In this document: one piece after another, positions 55,192 through 63,942 of the stretch
How the letters are laid out: each line of letters begins with the position of its first letter
Position numbering within the stretch: position 1 is the stretch's first letter
Notes under the pieces: generated by a model
The model's input: the letters and a program-made list of their open reading frames with translations, nothing else
Told to the model about the DNA's origin: nothing
The model's database searches: none
Position numbers and translations under genes: made by a program
Source of the DNA: Bacteriovoracia bacterium
GTDB lineage: Bacteria; Bdellovibrionota; UBA1018; CAIPTA01
DNA length: 64,000 bases
Direction of reading: 5' to 3'
Assembly (NCBI GenBank): GCA_050246755.1
Contig: JBFWVL010000001.1
Span: 544,001-608,000 of the forward strand

Positions 55192-55986
55192 ATGATTCGT
55201 GTATTTTTCTTTTTATTGCTTTCTTTAGCCACCCTTCGGGCCCAAGCCATGCCCTGCGAGCTGCAGTTGCTCGTAGATCGAGCCGCGGAGCTGAGCGAGG
55301 GAGGCGTTCGCCCCGTGGTGATTACCGATCTCGATGAAACTATTATCGACTCCACCTTGCGGCGCTACCAGGCCCTCCAGCAAGCGACCTTCTTCCATTG
55401 CGGAGGCTATCACCAACCCGACTGCCATCGCCTGAAGGGCCTGAACATCGAGGAGTTCCTCTCCTTGAAAAACCGTTACGATATTGAACCCCTCCTCGAC
55501 GCCATTGAATTTCCAGCGGGCCCCCTGAGAGACCAGCTCCTCAAAAGCGTGTTCCGTAGCTACCTCTCCGGCAACTTTATGGAACTGGATCAGGCCATCC
55601 CGGGCGCATCTGAGCTCATTCACGCCCTCCAGAAAGCCGGTGCCGATATCTACTACGTTTCCTCGCGGTCAGAAAAAGATCAGCTGCCGGGCACCCTCCA
55701 ATCCCTGCGCACTCTGGAGTTCCTCCAGAAGGGAGAAGAGCAGAATGTAATTTTGCGGCCCGAGCATATGAGCTCGATTGAATTCAAACGCCGTAGTTTT
55801 TTCCAAATCAACGAAAAAACCGAGCTCCTCGGCGGACAGGTGATTCTTGTTATGGAAAACGAACCCGAGAATATGAATGCCATGACCGAGATCTTCCCCG
55901 CGGCCCAAGCGATATTTGTGGACGGCGCGCACCTGAAAGACGAACCGATGCTCAAACCCGTGAAGCACCTCAAGAACTTCCGTTAG
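55192..55986 (+). CDS. Secreted HAD-superfamily (acid phosphatase-like) hydrolase
   Basis: Signal peptide; DLDET motif I, YVSSR, FK and MENEPEN. Confidence 0.8.
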   Translation: MIRVFFFLLLSLATLRAQAMPCELQLLVDRAAELSEGGVRPVVITDLDETIIDSTLRRYQALQQATFFHCGGYHQPDCHRLKGLNIEEFLSLKNRYDIEPLLDAIEFPAGPLRDQLLKSVFRSYLSGNFMELDQAIPGASELIHALQKAGADIYYVSSRSEKDQLPGTLQSLRTLEFLQKGEEQNVILRPEHMSSIEFKRRSFFQINEKTELLGGQVILVMENEPENMNAMTEIFPAAQAIFVDGAHLKDEPMLKPVKHLKNFR

Positions 55987-55994
55987 GAGAAACA

Positions 55995-56312
55995 ATGAAA
56001 CTTTTTTTAGTGCACTGTGGTTTTTACGATCCCTCCCTCTGCGATGGGCAGTATGAATCTCACGTGAATTTTTTCGTGGCGGCCACCGACGCGGAAGGTG
56101 CCAAGCGCGCCGCCAAGGCTCTCCCCGACTTCCAGATCCGCAAGATGCACATCGACGGCCTCCAAGAAGTGGAGGCCGTGGGGGGCCATACCGTGCGGCT
56201 CGCCGAAAACCCGGCTTTGGCCGGCCAAACCATTTTAAAAGGGGTGCACTTCCGGGAACTGGCATCACCAGCCAAAAACCACATTAAGTTCAATGGCATA
56301 GGAGATTCATAA
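55995..56312 (+). CDS. DUF1543-like protein
   Basis: KLFLVHCGFYDP...ESH..FFVAA...AK..AK...MHIDG...V..V.G pattern; AGGAG SD. Confidence 0.7.
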   Translation: MKLFLVHCGFYDPSLCDGQYESHVNFFVAATDAEGAKRAAKALPDFQIRKMHIDGLQEVEAVGGHTVRLAENPALAGQTILKGVHFRELASPAKNHIKFNGIGDS

Positions 56313-56412
56313 TTATTTTAATCCACTATTGAGTTTGGGGCACGGATAGATATAATGCAGCACGTTAATTTTTAAAGATAAATATCTTTTGTTTTCCCCG
56401 CAAGGAGTTTTC

Positions 56413-57555
56413 ATGCTGCGTTTATTGGTCGCCTCATTTTGCCTAATCGGCGTTCCCGCCTTTGCCGCCAACCAATATTCGCTTCCCTCCCGGGTGCTTA
56501 GCCTTCCTAGTAATTCCGATTTTCCCGCTACCTACGAAATTTCCGCGGAACTAAAACGCCAGAAAGTGGTGCTCAGCGGAGACAACGCGCGGATCGCGCA
56601 AGTGGATCTTCGCGTACGCGGTGGAACCCGTGGATCCACCGTGGGCCTCTTCGTGGGACGCTCCGTGGTGGATACCGTGACCCTGAACGACTCGAGCGAG
56701 CGCACCATCACGCTGGTGAACCGCGAAGCGAAGTCACTCATTCCTTGGATCGTGATCGTTCGTAAGGGTGAATTACAAATCTTGGAAATGCGCGTGACCC
56801 TCGAGGGCGAACAATCGGCTCCCGTGGAAGCACCGAAACCAGCTCCGGCACCAGCACCAACACCCGCACCCACACCGGTTCCAGTTCCCGCAAAACCGGT
56901 GGAAGCTCCTAAGCCTGCTCCTACCCCAATTCCTGCAAAACCTGTAGAAGCGCCCAAGCCCGTGCCTGCACCAACTCCGGCTCCTAAACCCGCACCGGCC
57001 CCACAGCCAGTTCCTGCCCCTGCAAAACCCGTAGAAGCGCCCAAGCCCGTGCCTGCACCAACTCCGGCTCCTAAACCCGCACCGGCTCCACAGCCAGTTC
57101 CTGCCCCTGCAAAACCCGTAGAAGCGCCCAAGCCCGTGCCTGCACCAACTCCGGCTCCGAAGCCAGCACCCGCAAAAATCGAAGCACCGCAACGAAGCAG
57201 TAACGGAAAATGGAAAGTTGGCCAGTCCGCCTACCTCGTGGAGTCGAGCCAGCTTAGCCGCGCTTTCCTAGGCCGCATCGTACGTATCACGAAAAGCAGC
57301 GGCGTCGTAATCGAGCTCTCGGGAAGAAAGCAAATCACCGTGTCGCAAAATTCCGGCTCGCTGGTTAGCACCAAAAGCGGCTGTCAGCGCGCCATCTGCA
57401 CCGGAGACAATGTCGTCTCCTACGATCGCTACCGTCGGATACAATTCCTTAGGGTAGTAGCCATTCAAAGCTCAAACTTGGTAGTCGTGAAATCGCTTTC
57501 CACCGGCTATACCATCGGAAACTGGCCCATCAACGCCCTACGCTTCGCTCGTTAA
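56413..57555 (+). CDS. Secreted protein: beta-sandwich N-domain, Pro/Ala/Lys linker, basic beta-rich C-domain
   Basis: AGGAG SD before ATG 56413; signal peptide; about 120 aa P/A/K repeat. Confidence 0.75.
   Translation: MLRLLVASFCLIGVPAFAANQYSLPSRVLSLPSNSDFPATYEISAELKRQKVVLSGDNARIAQVDLRVRGGTRGSTVGLFVGRSVVDTVTLNDSSERTITLVNREAKSLIPWIVIVRKGELQILEMRVTLEGEQSAPVEAPKPAPAPAPTPAPTPVPVPAKPVEAPKPAPTPIPAKPVEAPKPVPAPTPAPKPAPAPQPVPAPAKPVEAPKPVPAPTPAPKPAPAPQPVPAPAKPVEAPKPVPAPTPAPKPAPAKIEAPQRSSNGKWKVGQSAYLVESSQLSRAFLGRIVRITKSSGVVIELSGRKQITVSQNSGSLVSTKSGCQRAICTGDNVVSYDRYRRIQFLRVVAIQSSNLVVVKSLSTGYTIGNWPINALRFAR
56932..57170 (+). repeat. 87-bp coding tandem repeat (about 2.7 copies)
   Basis: Units start at 56932, 57019 and 57106, encoding PAKPVEAPKPVPAPTPAPKPAPAPQPVPA. 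Confidence 0.9.
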
Positions 57556-57579
57556 GCCAAGCCATAGCCCCACGGCCCC

Positions 57580-57615
57580 AGAGGCTCTTTGCTCGACAAA
57601 GGGCCTCTTTATTTT
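57580..57615 (+). terminator. Intrinsic terminator
   Basis: AGAGGCTCTTTG/CAAAGGGCCTCT stem followed by TTATTTT. Confidence 0.7.
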
Positions 57616-57652
57616 GAGTCTTCGGGAGTGCTTGAAAGAATAGCTTTTTTTC

Positions 57653-57669
57653 TGTCTAACTTTTAGACA
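57653..57669. promoter_or_regulatory. Candidate enhancer-binding-protein site (UAS)
   Basis: TGTCTAA-CTT-TTAGACA perfect inverted repeat about 70 bp upstream of a sigma54 motif. Confidence 0.5.
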
Positions 57670-57737
57670 CCTGTCCACCGCCTACCACCAATACACCCTT
57701 GGAATCCAAGATAGCCAGTTCCCGCCATTCCCATTCC

Positions 57738-57753
57738 TGGCACCGCCCTTGCT
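57738..57753 (+). promoter_or_regulatory. Sigma54 promoter
   Basis: TGGCAC-CGCCC-TTGCT, a perfect -24/-12 consensus. Confidence 0.7.
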
Positions 57754-57804
57754 CTATCATGGTTGGCGAACCCGCCTATTTCTGACCCTTTGGAGAAACG
57801 TGCG

Positions 57805-59202
57805 ATGAAAAATTATCACCCAGCAATCTCGGCTCTGATGCTCCTAGCTTTCGCTACCTCGGCCTTTGCTGCTCCGCCCGCCGCCTCGGTAGACCCCGCT
57901 AAACTCGTGGCCGAACGGGAACAAACCGAGCTCGCGCATGACCAATACGGAAAAATTTTTGAATATTATATGGAAGTCTGCGGTGTAACCCGCTGGATGC
58001 CGAAAAAAGGCGAAGCCGGTGGTGAGTTTGGCCATACCGTAATGCACCTCAAAGGCGCTTGCCGCGACGAAAGCGTTTCCTACCCTAAATTAAAAATGTG
58101 CGGCCCTGAAGGCGGCGAAGTTTCCATCAGCATGGACTCCGATTACGGCAACGTTCAGTGGACGGCCGTATCCGATCGCAAATTCATGATGTACGGCAAC
58201 CTCGCGGCTGATGCACCCCTTACCGATAAAGAACACGAAGAAGCGATCAACGAAGCCGTTCGCCAGCGCATCTTCAGAAACGTAAAGCTTCACGCTTACC
58301 ACAATGCCCTCATTAAAAAGGGCGAAAGCTACGAACACATGGTGGCCCGTTGGTCGATCGGCACCAACTTCGCCGTGAACTTCGCCCGCTCCTCCTACTG
58401 CACACGCATTCCCCTCATCCCCAGCAAAGGCCCGAAAAATGCGATGGTGAAGAGCCTCGTGGATCATTTCAATGCGCTTAACCGCAAAGCCCTCGAAGAT
58501 GGCTTCGGTTATAACGGCATTACGAATAACTGCACCCACCTCGCGCACAATGGTCTTTCTTCGGTTGGCTTCTGGCCGGCAAAAGATGTGGGATGGCAAG
58601 AACCCGCGGGCCTCGGCTGGCTCGGATCCCACGTGAAAGAGAACGTTTCGGTTCCCTTCAATACCATGCACGACGCCCTCATGCGTGGCCTGGGCGATGA
58701 GAACACCTTCAATCCTTCCCGCCTCTCGGATGCCGAAGCGGAACGTAAAGGTTTCTATAAATTCCGCTGGATCGGCGCCCAGCCCGGCGTGACCATGGAA
58801 GTAATCCCGGTGCATTCGTATAAAAACGAGAAGTACGCCACCAATACGACGCCGTACTTGCTCGATACCTCTACCGAGCTGAAAAATCGCCTCGGCATGG
58901 GCGACGGGAAAAACGAAGCCCAGGCAATGTGGGCGCGCAATATCAAAGATATCCGCGTGCTCGATCTGAAGGCGAACTTCAAGTACTGGCAGAAAAAATA
59001 CGCGAACGATTCCCGCACTTCCTTCCCCGCCAGCAGCGGCTGGGGCGGTAACTCGTATCCCGACCTCGCTCCGGCCCTCTCTAGCTACCTGCGTAGCCAG
59101 CAGGCCGATCTCGCGAACCGCATGAAGCTTCTAGACCAAGTGCTCGCGGCCCCCGCCGAAGCGGCGCCCGACGCTAGCCCAGCGGCCGCTTCGGCCCGAT
59201 GA
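57805..59202 (+). CDS. Secreted protein with permuted papain/NlpC-P60-like His...Cys motifs
   Basis: GGAG SD; signal peptide; FGHTVMHL then YNGITNNCTH. Confidence 0.65.
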   Translation: MKNYHPAISALMLLAFATSAFAAPPAASVDPAKLVAEREQTELAHDQYGKIFEYYMEVCGVTRWMPKKGEAGGEFGHTVMHLKGACRDESVSYPKLKMCGPEGGEVSISMDSDYGNVQWTAVSDRKFMMYGNLAADAPLTDKEHEEAINEAVRQRIFRNVKLHAYHNALIKKGESYEHMVARWSIGTNFAVNFARSSYCTRIPLIPSKGPKNAMVKSLVDHFNALNRKALEDGFGYNGITNNCTHLAHNGLSSVGFWPAKDVGWQEPAGLGWLGSHVKENVSVPFNTMHDALMRGLGDENTFNPSRLSDAEAERKGFYKFRWIGAQPGVTMEVIPVHSYKNEKYATNTTPYLLDTSTELKNRLGMGDGKNEAQAMWARNIKDIRVLDLKANFKYWQKKYANDSRTSFPASSGWGGNSYPDLAPALSSYLRSQQADLANRMKLLDQVLAAPAEAAPDASPAAASAR

Positions 59203-59242
59203 ACCGAACGGAAATTTACTGAGAATTTAGGAGAAAAATTCG

Positions 59243-59848
59243 ATGAAAATGTTGATGTTGATCGCCCTGCTGATGATTCCGGGCAACTCGTTCGCCTTCA
59301 ATGATGTAGCTCCTAAAACCTTCGACCAAGGCTGGTTCGGCAACACGCCGGAAATGAAATTCGAGCAGGCCCCCGTGCCGCTCGCTACCGCCGAGCAATT
59401 CCGCGCCGCCCTCGAAGCGGTCCGCGAAGTGAATGGTAAAGAAGGCATACGTCAATCCAAGGAGGCCAGCGAAGATGGCACCGTTTGGCGCGTGCTGGAT
59501 CATGACCCCATGCAGTTCGACCTCTGGCAGAACTACCGCGTGATAGAAGTGCTAAAAACCCACAAGCGCAACTACAATACCTTCGTGGTGCGCACCCAGC
59601 TCAACGCCTACTCCGCCAAGGGTGGATGGGCCTGGAGCGCAGGGAAATTCCGCTACGTCGTGTACGTAAGAGACGACGGAAAAGTTCTCGCCGTGAAGCG
59701 AAACGAATTCAGCAACCTGATCGATTTCTACGATTGGAAGATGAATCTCCAAGAGGCCGACGCCAAAAAAGAAAAGCTGCGCCAGTCTACCGGCTACTCG
59801 CATGAAGAGTCGGATGCACAGGACCCTTCCGCAACTTCCGCCATGTAG
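59243..59848 (+). CDS. Hypothetical secreted protein
   Basis: AGGAG SD; signal peptide ending SFA. Confidence 0.7.
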   Translation: MKMLMLIALLMIPGNSFAFNDVAPKTFDQGWFGNTPEMKFEQAPVPLATAEQFRAALEAVREVNGKEGIRQSKEASEDGTVWRVLDHDPMQFDLWQNYRVIEVLKTHKRNYNTFVVRTQLNAYSAKGGWAWSAGKFRYVVYVRDDGKVLAVKRNEFSNLIDFYDWKMNLQEADAKKEKLRQSTGYSHEESDAQDPSATSAM

Positions 59849-59859
59849 TTTTGTGGTCC

Positions 59860-60792
59860 TTACTTCTGCTCAAACCCGGATTTTTTCGCCAAGATATAAA
59901 TGGGCCGGCCCTTAACCTCATCATAGGCTTTTCCGAGATAGATCCCCAAAAGGCCGCTGCTCAAGAGCTGCAACCCTCCCATGAACAAAATCAGCAGGAT
60001 CACCGAGGTCCAGCCGGGGACGGTTTGGACCGTGAAAAAATGAACATAGAAAATATAGGCGGCGTAAAAGCAGCCGATAAAAGTGACCATCATCCCGGCG
60101 TAGGCGGCGAGATAAAGAGGCTTGGAAGAAAAACTCGTGATTCCTCCGAGCGCCAAAGAAATCATTTTTCGTATCGAGTACTTTGTTTCTCCATGCTCCC
60201 GCTTGGCCGCCACGTAAGGAACTTCGATGGCATTAAATCCCACCCAGCCGGTGAGCCCGCGCAGGAAGCGCACGCGCTCGCGGAGGCCACAGAGCACCTT
60301 CACCACCTCACGGTCGAGTAGCCGGAAATCGGCGGCATTAGCGGTAAGGTTCACGTTGGCGAGCAAAGAAAAAAACTTATAGAAAAGCCCGCTGGTTAGT
60401 TTTTTATGCCAGGAAATTCCTTCGGTGCTTTCCCGCACGGCGATCACGATCTGGTAGCCGGCACGCCACTTCTCGATCAGCTTGGGCACAATCGCGGGGG
60501 GATGCTGAAGGTCCGCGTCCATGGTGATCACGGCCCGGCCGCTGGCGGCCTCGAGCCCTGCCGTAAGCGCGGCCTGGTGCCCGAAATTCCGGGAAAAACA
60601 GAGGAGCCGCACGCGGGGGTCGGACTGAATTAGGCGCTCCACTTCGAGGGCGGAGCGGTCGGTGCTGCCGTCGTCCACGAAAATAAGCTCAAAGGAAGGT
60701 CCGATTTTTTCAAATTCCGCGCAGAGCGCGGCGTAAATCCTGGGAACGTTTTTTTCTTCGTTCATCATCGGAATTACAACTGAGAAATCCAT
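59860..60792 (-). CDS. GT2 polyprenyl-phosphate glycosyltransferase (GtrB/YkcC-like)
   Basis: SVVIP..NEE, VDDGSTD, SRNFGHQAAL, DADLQHPP and DFRL motifs; two C-terminal TMs. Confidence 0.92.
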   Translation of the reverse strand: MDFSVVIPMMNEEKNVPRIYAALCAEFEKIGPSFELIFVDDGSTDRSALEVERLIQSDPRVRLLCFSRNFGHQAALTAGLEAASGRAVITMDADLQHPPAIVPKLIEKWRAGYQIVIAVRESTEGISWHKKLTSGLFYKFFSLLANVNLTANAADFRLLDREVVKVLCGLRERVRFLRGLTGWVGFNAIEVPYVAAKREHGETKYSIRKMISLALGGITSFSSKPLYLAAYAGMMVTFIGCFYAAYIFYVHFFTVQTVPGWTSVILLILFMGGLQLLSSGLLGIYLGKAYDEVKGRPIYILAKKSGFEQK

Positions 60793-60903
60793 ACTTTTTG
60801 TTATCATGCCGAGAAACACTAAGTAAACGGGAAAGCTCGCTTGAATCGCAACTCCTCAATTTATTTCTTCGCGGCCAACCTTCTGAAGAATCACGGAAAA
60901 AAA

Positions 60904-62184
60904 ATGGCCCGCGTCACGTTCCTCGCGGCCCTGCTGGCCGGAGTACTCTTCACACCTAAATATCCTTTATTTAGGGCCGGCATCCGTGTTCCATGGAGCC
61001 TGGGTTACGCGAGTAATATCGCGCGCAAGATCGTTTACCGCGAGCCCACTTCGATGCCGGACTGGCAGTTCGACGATCCGGGCCTCCTGCTCTTCGCCGT
61101 CCCCTTCTACTTAGCTCAGCCCAGCTATCTTTTTTCCAACCCCAACAAAGAGATTCCACGCTCCTTCATTTGGGTAATGTGCGCGATATACGCCGTCATG
61201 ATGGCCCTTCTCTATTGGCTTTGCGCACAATTCCTGGGAGAGTTAGTGACGCTTCTCCTTTGCTCGTTTTTGGCGCTTTCGCCGGTGTATAGGGCGGCGG
61301 CCATGAGCGTGGACGTGCACCTATTCCCGGTATATGCGGGAATCCTTTTCCTACTTTGCGCATTTCTGCTCGGCCGGAGGCCAACTACTCGGAAAAGCAC
61401 GCTGGCTCTCTGCGCCGCCGGTATATTTGCCTGCGACCTATTCCGCAGCTCGGGAATATTCGTAACGGCCGGCTTCCTGCTTCTGCAGGCACGCCCCGAA
61501 TCCCTGCAGGCTTTATTCCCGATTCGCTCCGGGGCCTTAGTAAAAAATGGCGCGCTCCTCTGCCTGGGACTACTGCTGGCGGCCAGCTTATGCTCGAGGG
61601 GAATCGGGCGGGCGGGCCACCCCGTATGGCATGCCCTGCACGCGGGGCTAATGGAGTTCGGCGGCCATATCGACGAACGGCAGCAGATTTACCCATTTTT
61701 TGTTCCGAAGGAGGAAATCCCCGCAACGGCAGCCTGGAATCCTACCTGGAACGATACGTTCGAGATAAACTTTGCGAAACAGAAGGCGCCAAGCGCCGCA
61801 GCCTACTCGCCCGAATATTCGGCCGTGCTGCGCGAGGATTTTTTTCGAATCGTTTTTTCCTATCCGACGGGATTCGCGAAACTGATCAGCTACCGGCTCT
61901 GGAATTTTTTCGATTTGAATTATTGGGGGAGAAAAGAAGGAACAGACTACCATTCACTTCCCGAAAGCTTCTTGTCGTTGCGAGGATTCTCTTCACTGCT
62001 CGTATTTCTACTAGCGGGGTACGGCGCCGTGCTCGCGCCGATCGTAGCGGTAACGCTGCTGCCTCTCGCTCTGCCCCCGCTGCTTGTGTCCACGACCTAC
62101 TTTTACTATCTGCTGCCGGGCCAGTTCGCGCTGCTACTTCTGGCCGCCTGCGCAGTTGCCCGAATACGCCGCCGCTTTATCTAG
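60904..62184 (+). CDS. Polytopic membrane protein (possible GT-C/GtrC-like transferase)
   Basis: About 10 TMs; DDPG after TM1; HPVWHALHAGL loop; divergent from the GT2 gene. Start uncertain (60841 or 60904). Confidence 0.55.
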   Translation: MARVTFLAALLAGVLFTPKYPLFRAGIRVPWSLGYASNIARKIVYREPTSMPDWQFDDPGLLLFAVPFYLAQPSYLFSNPNKEIPRSFIWVMCAIYAVMMALLYWLCAQFLGELVTLLLCSFLALSPVYRAAAMSVDVHLFPVYAGILFLLCAFLLGRRPTTRKSTLALCAAGIFACDLFRSSGIFVTAGFLLLQARPESLQALFPIRSGALVKNGALLCLGLLLAASLCSRGIGRAGHPVWHALHAGLMEFGGHIDERQQIYPFFVPKEEIPATAAWNPTWNDTFEINFAKQKAPSAAAYSPEYSAVLREDFFRIVFSYPTGFAKLISYRLWNFFDLNYWGRKEGTDYHSLPESFLSLRGFSSLLVFLLAGYGAVLAPIVAVTLLPLALPPLLVSTTYFYYLLPGQFALLLLAACAVARIRRRFI

Positions 62185-62966
62185 CGGGCGCCATTCTCCA
62201 TCACGGCGTGAATCCAACTTAGGTAGTTCACCACGATGATGGAAAAGGTATGATGGCCGCCACCGTCGCAACTCATATTGTCGGCATCGATATAGCTGCT
62301 TACGGCAGCGAGATAATATTGATTGGCGATCTTAATATATGCTGGACCGCCTGAATCACCCACGCAACCCGATTGCTTGCCTTCAACGTCGCCCATTTGC
62401 ACGATGAAATTCTTCTCGTCCCGGGCCTGCACTTGGAGGTTTGCTGAGGTAAGGCCATTATGGAGGCCTACACCAGTTTTACCAAATCCCTGGAGCACTA
62501 CCGTTCCGGCCAACTGGGTTACGTCCTTGAGCATTGGCACGGGCGTAAAAGGTGCGGGAGCCGCGCTTTCTAGGCGTAGGACGGCGATATCATTATTGTC
62601 CTCGAAACGCTGAGGCTCGGGCGTGTAGTTGGGGTGAATTTTCCAGGCGATCACTTTGCGCTTAGCCACTAACTTTTCGCCGTCGAAAAAGGCCACGAAT
62701 TCGGGTGTCACGATCGCGCAATGAGCTGCGGTGAGCACGTAAGTGGGACTGATCAGGGTGCCAGTGCAAGTGCCGCCGCTGAGCTTTACGAATACCGTGG
62801 ATCCCCAGCCCCAGGCATTCTTTGCCACCGGAGTGCCGGAAAATATGCCCGAGAAACTGGGAACGACCGACTTATCGAAGCCACGGCGCAGGCTATTTCC
62901 TTCTTCGGCGCGGGCCACGTTTAGAAAGAAAGCAATCAAAGCCAGGGTAAGAGCGAAACGCTGCAT
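62181..62966 (-). CDS. Secreted S1 trypsin-like serine protease
   Basis: CTGTLI..YVLTAAHC, NDIAVL and CVGDSGGP. Confidence 0.93.
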   Translation of the reverse strand: MQRFALTLALIAFFLNVARAEEGNSLRRGFDKSVVPSFSGIFSGTPVAKNAWGWGSTVFVKLSGGTCTGTLISPTYVLTAAHCAIVTPEFVAFFDGEKLVAKRKVIAWKIHPNYTPEPQRFEDNNDIAVLRLESAAPAPFTPVPMLKDVTQLAGTVVLQGFGKTGVGLHNGLTSANLQVQARDEKNFIVQMGDVEGKQSGCVGDSGGPAYIKIANQYYLAAVSSYIDADNMSCDGGGHHTFSIIVVNYLSWIHAVMENGAR

Positions 62967-63075
62967 GAAGGGTCCTCAGGATATGGGGCTATGCGGCTTA
63001 TACCCTTGCGTCATAAGAGGAACAAGGGGGAAAGATGAATTTTGCTGCCCCGGGTCAATATTTCTGAAAATTACT

Positions 63076-63103
63076 TAAACTCGCCTGCCGAACTAGCCGA
63101 TTT
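63076..63103 (+). promoter_or_regulatory. Putative sigma28 promoter, leaderless
   Basis: TAAA-N16-GCCGATTT, 6 nt before GTG 63110. Confidence 0.55.
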
Positions 63104-63109
63104 TATGGA

Positions 63110-63874
63110 GTGAGATGGATAAAATACCTAGTTTTATTAAACACTTTTATCGCTCCCGCCTGGCCGGCAGAAGGCGATGATCTTTTCTGCCAAGAGCTGA
63201 AAATAGGCGCTTCGCGGCCCATCCAACTCGCAGACCGAAACCAAACCACGGGCCTCACGCATTGGCAGCGCGTGGAGCGTACGGGAATCTATTCTTATCG
63301 CCTCCATTTCCAGCTGCGATTCCTCCCTTTTCGTTCGGAAGAAAAAATCGATCCGGGATTCCGGGAACGGATGGCCTCCTGCCTGGAAGAATTCAATCCT
63401 AAGCTCCAAGCCAAAGACGAAGAGGGCCGCGTTTGGAAAGTAGAGCTGGTGATTGATCCGGCGGAATCCGAAGCGCTCACCATTTTCGTCGGCGGTAAGG
63501 GCACGAATCCTAAAGCGCGCTGGCGCACCAAAGATTTCCTCCGCCCATCTTATTTGCTCTATCCTTCCGACATCAGCTGCCAAAGCGTCGTGCACGAGAT
63601 GCTTCATCTTGGCGGCCTCGTGGATGAGTACAGCGAGGGCAAGGAATTTCCCTGCCGCGCGGCCGGCCCCCTCAGCTCAGTGATGAGCAACGAGTACCTC
63701 GCCCTCGGCGAAACCACGAAATTCGCTTTGCAGCCGGCGCACGTGCGCGCCCTGGCTTACCCCGGCTGCCAGGAAAAAAACGCCAAGTACTACCACTGCG
63801 CGCAACGGTCCTACCTCACCGGGGGCTGCCATGCCCTGCCCGAGTGCGCCGTTGATTCCGGCTGGTTGCGCTAG
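63110..63874 (+). CDS. Secreted zinc metallopeptidase (metzincin-like)
   Basis: Signal peptide; VHEMLHLGGLVDEY and Met-turn SVMS. Confidence 0.75.
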   Translation: MRWIKYLVLLNTFIAPAWPAEGDDLFCQELKIGASRPIQLADRNQTTGLTHWQRVERTGIYSYRLHFQLRFLPFRSEEKIDPGFRERMASCLEEFNPKLQAKDEEGRVWKVELVIDPAESEALTIFVGGKGTNPKARWRTKDFLRPSYLLYPSDISCQSVVHEMLHLGGLVDEYSEGKEFPCRAAGPLSSVMSNEYLALGETTKFALQPAHVRALAYPGCQEKNAKYYHCAQRSYLTGGCHALPECAVDSGWLR

Positions 63875-63942
63875 TAGGCTGAAAGCGAAAATTTATTGCC
63901 CCTAACTCCGCGGCGCTATACGTTTTCCTCAGGGAGAACTCT

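Noticed and set aside
56820-57180. Repeat region considered as a CRISPR array
   Set aside because: In-frame tandem coding repeat without unique spacers; no cas genes.
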